64,000 nucleotides of DNA. It comes from Planctomycetales bacterium. GTDB taxonomy: Bacteria; Planctomycetota; JAKEIC01. Shown one piece after another: positions 45,552 through 51,851 of the stretch (the first letter of the stretch is position 1; each line of letters opens with the position of its first letter). The position numbers were made by a program, and so were the translations under genes. The stretch lies in contig JAKEIC010000342.1 in the NCBI GenBank assembly GCA_022614695.1, positions 4,012-68,011 of the forward strand, given 5' to 3'. The notes beneath the pieces are model-generated. The model saw only the letters and a list, made by a program, of their open reading frames with translations. It searched no databases and was not told the DNA's origin.

Positions 45552-45808
45552 GGATCCACCTCTCCTCGCACCTCCGGGACTACACCGGCGGCAAGGCGAC
45601 GGTCGAGGCCGGCGGGAAGACCCTCTCGGACGTCGTGGACGCGCTCGAGGCGCGGTTCCCCGGGCTCCGGTTCCGGATCGTGGACGAGCAGGGCGGGATC
45701 CGGCCGCACATCCGCTTCTTCGTCGGGGAGGAGGCCGCGCCCGACCTCTCGGTCCCCGTCCCGCCTGGGGCGGAGGTCCACATCCTGGGGGCGTTGTCGG
45801 GGGGGTGA
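45548..45808 (+). CDS. MoaD/ThiS-family ubiquitin-like small protein ending in Gly-Gly
   Basis: The GTG overlaps the upstream stop (GTGA). It is 86 aa, has a beta-grasp-like pattern and ends ...HILGALSGG. Confidence 0.75.
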   Translation: MRIHLSSHLRDYTGGKATVEAGGKTLSDVVDALEARFPGLRFRIVDEQGGIRPHIRFFVGEEAAPDLSVPVPPGAEVHILGALSGG

Positions 45809-45840
45809 CCCCGGAAGGCCCTCGGCGGGGAGGGGGTCCG

Positions 45841-45859
45841 GGGGAGGCGAAGCCTCCCC
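45841..45859. terminator. GC hairpin (GGGGAGGC gaa GCCTCCCC) between convergent genes
   Basis: A perfect 8-bp stem with a triloop, read directly. Confidence 0.4.
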
Positions 45860-45860
45860 T

Positions 45861-45876
45861 GGCGTTCGGGAACGCC
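45861..45876. terminator. second hairpin (GGCGTT cggg AACGCC) followed by ttgt
   Basis: Read directly. It is adjacent to the first hairpin in the 72-nt convergent gap. Confidence 0.35.
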
Positions 45877-45880
45877 TTGT

Positions 45881-46180
45881 CTACCCCTGCGGCGGCGGGC
45901 CCCCCACGACGTCGTAGTGCTCCCGGAACCAGGACTCGGCGGTCCGGAACGCCTCGTCCTCGGAGGGGCCGATCCAGAACATCTCGGTCCGGGCGGGGGA
46001 GCCGAGCCCCGGCCAGCGCGCCGCGTCCTTCACGTCCGGGGGGAACCGGACCGAGACGACCCAGCGGGTCGTCCGCTCGTGCGCGGAGAGGATGACCGTC
46101 GTCTCGAGCGCGGGCTTCACCCCGCGGACCCGGATCGTGACGCGCCTTTCGCCCACGACGGCAGTGTACCTCGAGGTCAC
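45881..46180 (-). CDS. hypothetical 99-aa protein translationally coupled to P6
   Basis: The GTG at 46180 overlaps the P6 stop (GTGA). It has non-repetitive composition (..TVILSAHERTTRWVVSVRFPPDVKD..MFWIGPSEDEAFRTAESWFREHYD). I recognised no family. Confidence 0.4.
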   Translation of the reverse strand: MTSRYTAVVGERRVTIRVRGVKPALETTVILSAHERTTRWVVSVRFPPDVKDAARWPGLGSPARTEMFWIGPSEDEAFRTAESWFREHYDVVGGPPPQG

Positions 46181-47916
46181 CGCCGCGGGGCGGCCGATTC
46201 TCCCTCGCACTCCGCGAGGAGGGCGCGGATCTCGTCGGACCGTGGGTGCTCCGGGGCGAGGCGCAGGAAGGACCGGAGGAGCCCGCTCGCGCGTTCCCGG
46301 TCGCCCGGGCCGCCCCGCTCGGCCAGGGCGCGCCCCAGGTTCGCGAGCACCGGCGGCGCCTCGGGAAGCGCGCGCAGCGCCCCCTCCCAGTCGGCGATCG
46401 CGCCCTCGGGATCCCCGGCGTTCGCTCGGGCGATGCCCCGGTGAGTCAGGGCGACCCCGTGGCCCGGGGCCATCCGGAGGGAAGCCTCGATGTCGGCGAG
46501 GCCCGCCTCCGGGTCGCCCAGTTCCCCTCGCGTGATCCCCCGGTTCACCAGGGCCTCGACGAGCCGGGGGTCGCGCCGCACCGCCGCGTCGAAGTCCTCG
46601 AGCGCGCCCGGAAGGTCGCCCCGGGCCTTCCGCACGTTCCCCCGGACGTAGCGGGCGAACGGGAAGCCTGAGATCCGCGCGAGGGCGGCCTCCGCGTCCG
46701 CCAGGGCGCCCTCCATGTCGCCCGCCCGGAACCGGAGCGCGCCGCGGTTCGCGAGGGCGTCGGCCCAGTCGGGCGACCGCCGGATGGCGGCGTCCATGTC
46801 GGCGAGAGCTCCGGCCCGGTCGCCGAGGGCCTCGAGAGCGATCGCGCGCGCGAGCAGCGCCTCGGGAGCCCCGGGGGCGAGCCGAAGGGCGGCGTCCGCC
46901 TCGCGCAGGCCCCCCGCCGGGTCCCCGAGGCTGTTCCGCGCCTCCGCACAAGCGACGTAGGCCCAGGAGAAGGGAATCCCGATCGCCAGGGCCCGCTCGA
47001 ACTCCCGCAACTCGCCCGTGCGGTCCTCCCGGTCCTGCAGCCGCAGGAGCCACCCCCGGAGCGCCGCCGCTTCCCAGCCCTCCTCCGCCGCGAGGAGGCG
47101 AAGGCCCTCGTCCGATCGTCCGGAGTCGCCCAGGACGAGGGCGCGAGCGAGCCGTCCCCAACGTCCCTCGCCCTTCGCCGCCGCCGCGAGGTCGGGGTCC
47201 TCGATCCCGCCCGCCCACCGCGTGAAGCGCTCGAACGCGCGCCAGAAGCGCGCCTCGGTAGCCTCCGGGGCGTCGTCCGAGACCCGGCCCCACGCGTCCT
47301 GGGCCTCCGCCGACCGTCCCGCGGCCCAGAGGAGGCGGCCCCGCTCGACGAGCCAAGCGTTCCGCCCGGCGTGGGCGGGCTCGAGGGTGAGGGCGCGGCC
47401 CAGGCACTCGGCGCCGGCCGACGGGTCGCTCGCCCGGAGGGCCCCGGCGCGCTCGACAAGGGCCTCGGCCTCGGTAGGACGCCGATCGGGGCCCCGGTCC
47501 GCCGGAGGAGCGACCGGCGTCGGTCGAAGGGCGGCCGCGGCCGACACCGCGACCGTGAGAAGCACCGCCGCCCCGAGGATCCGGCGGCCCGCCCCCGGCG
47601 GCCGCGCGCGCGGGCGCTCTCCGCGGAGCAAGCGTTCGAGGTCGTCGCGGAGGGCTCCCGCGTCTGGGAACCGCGAACGAACGCCCCTCGCAAGGGCCAC
47701 GCGCAGCAGCCGGTCGAGGGCGGCGGGGACGTCCGGGCGGGTCCTCCGGATCGGGGCCGGCTCCCTCGTCAGGATCCCGCCGATCACGGCCGCCGTCGTC
47801 TCCCCGCCCCACGGCGGCCGACCGGCGAGCGACTCGTAGAGGACGACCCCGAGACTCCAGACGTCCGTCCCGGGGCCGAGGCTCGAGACATCGCCGCGAG
47901 CCTGCTCGGGAGACAT
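46177..47916 (-). CDS. N-lobe-less kinase C-lobe - TM - TPR protein, dispersed copy P6 (canonical-start version)
   Basis: The first canonical start gives MSPEQARGDVSSL. The conserved AFLTDFGLAKSVATGSRFTRSGQALGTPSY block continues in frame upstream (47917-48006) with no ATG, GTG or TTG back to the stop at 48157-48159. Confidence 0.65.
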   Translation of the reverse strand: MSPEQARGDVSSLGPGTDVWSLGVVLYESLAGRPPWGGETTAAVIGGILTREPAPIRRTRPDVPAALDRLLRVALARGVRSRFPDAGALRDDLERLLRGERPRARPPGAGRRILGAAVLLTVAVSAAAALRPTPVAPPADRGPDRRPTEAEALVERAGALRASDPSAGAECLGRALTLEPAHAGRNAWLVERGRLLWAAGRSAEAQDAWGRVSDDAPEATEARFWRAFERFTRWAGGIEDPDLAAAAKGEGRWGRLARALVLGDSGRSDEGLRLLAAEEGWEAAALRGWLLRLQDREDRTGELREFERALAIGIPFSWAYVACAEARNSLGDPAGGLREADAALRLAPGAPEALLARAIALEALGDRAGALADMDAAIRRSPDWADALANRGALRFRAGDMEGALADAEAALARISGFPFARYVRGNVRKARGDLPGALEDFDAAVRRDPRLVEALVNRGITRGELGDPEAGLADIEASLRMAPGHGVALTHRGIARANAGDPEGAIADWEGALRALPEAPPVLANLGRALAERGGPGDRERASGLLRSFLRLAPEHPRSDEIRALLAECEGESAAPRR

Positions 47917-48100
47917 GTAGCTCGGGGTCCCGAGCGCCTGGCCGCTCCGGGTGAATCTCGAGCCGGTCGCGACGGACTTCGCGAGGCCGAAGTCGGTGAG
48001 GAAGGCGCAAGGCTCGATGCGAGGAGCCCCTTCGAGGGGCTCAGGGCAAGCCGGCGACGCGGCCAGGGCGTTGGCGACGTCGCGCGCGCGCTCGATGGCG

Positions 48101-48391
48101 CTACTCCGCGAGCTGCTCTCCGGCCTTCTCGACGTCCCCGCGGCGGCCGATGAGTGTCACGCGATCGCCCTCCGCCAGGACGGTCGCCCCGTCCGGGATG
48201 AGCAGGTCCCGCCCGCGTCGGATCGAGATGATCAGGGCGTCCTTCGGAAGCCGCATCTCCCGGAGGTGCTTCCCGACGAGGCCCGACTCGGCCGACACGT
48301 CCACGTGGCGCAGCTCCGAGTCGTGTTCCACGAGGTCGCGGAGAAGCTCCTCGAGATCCGTGCGGATGGTGGCGAGATCACGCTTGGGCAC
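48101..48391 (-). CDS. TrkA-C (RCK C-terminal) domain protein
   Basis: TrkA_C pattern: ..V...S.L.GK.L.E..LP....II.I.R......P.G.T.L..GD...LIG. Confidence 0.75.
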   Translation of the reverse strand: MPKRDLATIRTDLEELLRDLVEHDSELRHVDVSAESGLVGKHLREMRLPKDALIISIRRGRDLLIPDGATVLAEGDRVTLIGRRGDVEKAGEQLAE

Positions 48392-48408
48392 GGGCGCCTC
48401 CTTCGGGT

Positions 48409-48501
48409 TGGCGGAGAGGCGGGGATTCGAACCCCGGAGGCAGGTATAACCCGCCTAACGGCTTAGCAAGCCGCCGCATTCGACCACTCTGCCACCTCTC
48501 C
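48409..48501 (-). tRNA. tRNA-Ser (anticodon GCU)
   Basis: Cloverleaf read by hand. The acceptor is GGAGAGG/CCTCTCC plus an encoded GCCA end. The anticodon stem-loop is GCGGC-TTGCTAA-GCCGT. It has a long variable arm (class II) and a T-arm GGGG-TTCGAAT-CCCC. Confidence 0.9.
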
Positions 48502-48533
48502 GGGCAGTGAGGACGGGGGAGTATACCAGGGGA

Positions 48534-49103
48534 TCAGAGGGCCGGTTGGCCCAGGACGTAGCCCACCTTCCGCGCCCACTGGGACTCGGGCCAGCGGTCC
48601 ATGATCCGACGCCACGGCTCTTTCGCCGCGTCCAGCTCCTTCTTCTGCCGCACGCGGCTGATCCCCCACCAGTAGCAGGCCTCGGGGGCCCGCTCGGCGC
48701 CGGGGGCGTCGGCCACCTGCCGGAACAGCTCGTGCGCCTCGTCGTAGCGCTTCTCGCCCATCGCGAGGATCGCGCGGCCGAACGTGAGCTCCGGCAGGAG
48801 GTCGCGCGGGGGGAGGTACCCGACCACGAGGTGCGCCGGCCTCTCGTCGGCATCCGTCACGACGAGCCCGGGGAGCCAGCGCACGTTCAGCTTCTTGGAC
48901 AGCTCGATGTGCTTCCCGCTCTCGAGCCTCGCGGGGACGAACCTCTCCGAGATCTCCTTCTCGACGGCCGGGTCTGGATACGTCACGGCATCCATCGTCT
49001 TGCAGCCGAGTCACGTCGGGCTGTGCAGGAAGAGGAAGATCGGCTTCCCGGTCTCCTTCGCCCTCTTGCGGGCCTGGTCCCAGCTCTCGGTCCAGGGGAT
49101 CAT
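48534..49103 (-). CDS. thioredoxin-fold protein with in-frame TGA at the first redox Cys (predicted selenoprotein, UxxC)
   Basis: GAAGGAGG lies 5 nt before the ATG at 49103. There are 30 sense codons, then TGA (49011-49013), then LGCKTMDAV... in the same frame to the stop at 48534. The joined protein reads ..GKPIFLFLHSPT-U-LGC-KTMDAVTYPDPAVEKEISERFVP.., matching the W-C-x-x-C position of thioredoxin-like proteins. Confidence 0.7.
48976..48993 (-). promoter_or_regulatory. SECIS-like hairpin (GGAUGC CGUGAC GUAUCC) starting 17 nt after the UGA
   Basis: A 6-bp stem (one G.U pair) with a GU-containing apical loop 24-29 nt downstream of the UGA, read directly. Confidence 0.4.
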
Positions 49104-49120
49104 CTCGGCCTCCTTCGCTG

Positions 49121-49152
49121 CCGGCGCACCGGGGTCCAGTATAGTGCGCCGG
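49121..49152. promoter_or_regulatory. 9-bp perfect inverted repeat (CCGGCGCAC N14 GTGCGCCGG) spanning overlapping divergent -10 hexamers
   Basis: It encloses TATAGT (49140-49145, plus strand) and TATACT (49138-49143, minus strand). It lies in the 54-bp gap between the selenoprotein gene and the M16-like gene. Confidence 0.35.
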
Positions 49153-49157
49153 TTTCC

Positions 49158-51851
49158 ATGCGCACGGCCCGCCCGCTCGCGTTCCTCGCGGCCGCCTTCG
49201 GGGCCGCCCCGGGCTCCGCCGCGCCCCCGCAAGCGGCCGGAAGGCTCCTCCGCGAGGTCCTCCCGAACGGGGCGACCGTCCTCGTCCAGGAGGTCCGCGG
49301 GGGCGGCGCCGTCGCCGTGATCGCGCTCCTCCGGGGCGGGGTCGCCGCCGAGGACCCGACGAGGCCGGGGGCGGCGCGCCTGATGGTCCACTCGATGATC
49401 CGGGGGTCCGAGAGGTATCCCGGGGGCGGGGCGGCCGCGGCCCTCGTCCGCGTCGGTGGCGAGCTCCAGGCCGGGGCCGAGGCGGACGCCTGCTGGATCT
49501 CCGCGACCGCGCGGGCCGCGCACGCACGGATCGCCCTCGACGTCGTGGGGGACGCCCTCCGCCGGCCCGCCTTCGCCGAGGCCGAGGTGGCCGCCGCGCG
49601 CGGGCTCCTCTCGGCGGAGGCGGCGCGCCGGGCCGCCGATCCCTCGGAGCGGGCCGCCGGCGACCTCCGTGCCCTCGCGTTCGCGGACCACCCCTACGCC
49701 CGCCCGCTCGCCGGGTCTCCCGAGGGGCTCCGTGCGACCGACCGCGCGTCGCTCGTCTCGGCGGCCGCCCGCGCGACGGCGGGCGGGGCCGTCGTGCTGG
49801 TGGTCTCGGGGGACATCCCCGCCGCCGAGGCGCTCGCGGCGGCGAAGGCGGCCGTCGGCCCGCTCGCGGCCGCGCCGGCGCCCGCGCCCCCCCCGCTCCC
49901 CCGCGGGTTCCCCGGCGCCCGCGCGAAGGCTCTCGTGGGGCCCGCGCCCGCGCTCCGGTTCGGCCTCCTCGTCCCGGGCCGTCGTCACCCCGACGCGCCG
50001 GCGTGCGAGATCCTGGCGCGCCTCTGGAACGCCCGGGTCTACAGCTACGGCGTCGCTCGCGACCGGCTCGCGTCGAGCGCCTGGGCCGGGTACGAGCCCC
50101 ACGCGGACCTCGGGCTCCTCTCCGCGGCGGCCGTGCCGCCCTTGCCGCCCGTGCCCGGGGGCCTCACCCGACTCGAGATCCTCCTGACCGAGGCTCTCGG
50201 CGAGGTCCGACGGTGCGAGATCAAGCCGGAGGAGTTCGAGCGCGTGCGGCTCCGCCTCGAGCGGGAGGATCTTCACGGATCGGAGTCCGCGCTCGGTCGC
50301 GCCTACCGCCTCGCCCGCGCCGAACTCTGCGGGGGGCTCCGCCATGCCGTCACCTGGCGGCAGAGGGTCCGCCAGACGACTCTCGCCGAGGTCCGCAAGG
50401 CGGCGGAGCGCTACCTCCAGCTCCCGAACCTCGCCGTCGTGCGCGTGGTCCCTCCGGGCGAAGGCGAGCCGGATCCGGACCTGCGCATCCGGCTCGTGAA
50501 CGCCCGGGGGCGCCTCGGGGAGGAGGCGACCCCGGCCGGGCTCGATCTCGGGCGGGCGACGTTCTCCCCCACCGCCGCCGGCGAGGCGCCGCCGGTCCCT
50601 GCGGGCGAAGGACCGACCGAGTCGGCGACGCCTGCCCCAGCGACCCTCGCGAACGGCCTCCGGGTGGTCGTCCGGACGGACCGCTCCCTCCCGGTCGTGG
50701 CGTGCGGGCTCTTCTTCCCGGGAGGGACCGAGGCGGAGCCCCCGCAGGCTTCCGGGACGGCCGCCCTCGTCCTCCGGACCCTCTTCCGGGGCTCACGGGA
50801 GCTCTCCCGGGCGGCGATCGAGGCGGCGGTGGAGAGGTTCGGGGCGCCGCTCGAGGTCCGCGTCCTCCCCGACTACGCCTCGGCGATCGCCGCCGCGCCC
50901 GCGGAGGAGCTGGAGGGCCTCCTCGGGCTCCTCGCCTCGTGCGTCACCGATCCGGTCCTCTACGACGCCGAGTGGGAGACGGCGCGGGCGGGTCTCCTCG
51001 CGGAGGCGCGGGAGGCGCCGCCGCGGGAGGCGGCGTGCCACCTCGCCCGGGCCCGCGTGTACGGCGGCCACGCCTGCGGCCTCCCGGCGAACGGGACTCC
51101 CGGGGGACTGGCCACCTCGACGCGCTTCGGGGACGGCGTCCCCTTCCTCTGGCGCGCGCTGCGGCCCGACCGGTCGGTGCTGGCGGTCGTCGGGGACGTG
51201 TCGCCTGCCGAGGCGCTCGCGGCGGCCGCGCGGGCCTTCGGCTCGTGGCGGGCTCCCCCCGGGCTCCCCGAGGCGCGCCCGCCCGCGCCGGGAGCCGCCC
51301 TCCCCGGCGAGGTCGCGGGGGTGAGCGACCGGCCGGAGGGCGCCGTGGCGCTCGCCCTCCCGTGGCCGCGCTTCGGGTCCCCGGAGTACGCGGCGGGCTC
51401 GCTCCTCGCCTCCGCGCTCGCGTGGAGGCTCCGCCGCGACCTCGTCGAGGGAGCGGGGACGGCGGCGGAGGCCTCGGTCGAGCGCGAGGGGCTCCCCGAC
51501 GGCGGCGCGATGTTCGTGCTGCTCCGCGCCGGGCCGGGGCGGCTGGCGGAGGTCCGGGCCGCGGCCGAGCGCCACCTCGCGCGGCTCCGGGAGGCCGGGC
51601 TGCCCCTCCCGGAGATCGAGGAGACCCGGTCTTGGATGGCCGGCGCGAGCGTGCTGGGGCTCGAACTGCGCGCCGCGCGCGTCGCCGCCCTCGGCCGCTC
51701 GGTGATGCGGGCGGGGCGGCCCGACGCGGACGAGGCCTACTTCTATCGCCTCGAGAGGGTGACGCCCGAGTCGGCCGCCGCACTCGCGAAGACGCTCCTC
51801 GACCCGTCGCGCCTGGTCGTGGCGACGGTGGCCCCTCGGGGCACGAAGTGA
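49158..51851 (+). CDS. two-module M16 (pitrilysin)-family-like protein lacking the HxxEH zinc motif
   Basis: It has a signal peptide. Two M16-like halves are present (LPNGATVLVQE.. and LANGLRVVVRTD..). At the expected HxxEH position the halves read HSMIR and LRTLF. Confidence 0.7.
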   Translation: MRTARPLAFLAAAFGAAPGSAAPPQAAGRLLREVLPNGATVLVQEVRGGGAVAVIALLRGGVAAEDPTRPGAARLMVHSMIRGSERYPGGGAAAALVRVGGELQAGAEADACWISATARAAHARIALDVVGDALRRPAFAEAEVAAARGLLSAEAARRAADPSERAAGDLRALAFADHPYARPLAGSPEGLRATDRASLVSAAARATAGGAVVLVVSGDIPAAEALAAAKAAVGPLAAAPAPAPPPLPRGFPGARAKALVGPAPALRFGLLVPGRRHPDAPACEILARLWNARVYSYGVARDRLASSAWAGYEPHADLGLLSAAAVPPLPPVPGGLTRLEILLTEALGEVRRCEIKPEEFERVRLRLEREDLHGSESALGRAYRLARAELCGGLRHAVTWRQRVRQTTLAEVRKAAERYLQLPNLAVVRVVPPGEGEPDPDLRIRLVNARGRLGEEATPAGLDLGRATFSPTAAGEAPPVPAGEGPTESATPAPATLANGLRVVVRTDRSLPVVACGLFFPGGTEAEPPQASGTAALVLRTLFRGSRELSRAAIEAAVERFGAPLEVRVLPDYASAIAAAPAEELEGLLGLLASCVTDPVLYDAEWETARAGLLAEAREAPPREAACHLARARVYGGHACGLPANGTPGGLATSTRFGDGVPFLWRALRPDRSVLAVVGDVSPAEALAAAARAFGSWRAPPGLPEARPPAPGAALPGEVAGVSDRPEGAVALALPWPRFGSPEYAAGSLLASALAWRLRRDLVEGAGTAAEASVEREGLPDGGAMFVLLRAGPGRLAEVRAAAERHLARLREAGLPLPEIEETRSWMAGASVLGLELRAARVAALGRSVMRAGRPDADEAYFYRLERVTPESAAALAKTLLDPSRLVVATVAPRGTK

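Noticed and set aside
12435-48466. A recurring 'protein family' MRVSFEPVATDFARPKSV... (ORFs 12435..13136, 13606..15150, 17053..17331, 19042..19344, 21346..21603, 47951..48466)
   Set aside because: It is simply the reverse complement of the conserved LTDFGLAKSVATGS.LTRTG coding block of the half-kinase genes.
48409-48501. Could the tRNA next to the UxxC gene be tRNA-Sec?
   Set aside because: The anticodon loop reads TTGCTAA, giving anticodon GCU (Ser, AGY) and not UCA. The acceptor and T arms look like an ordinary class II tRNA-Ser.
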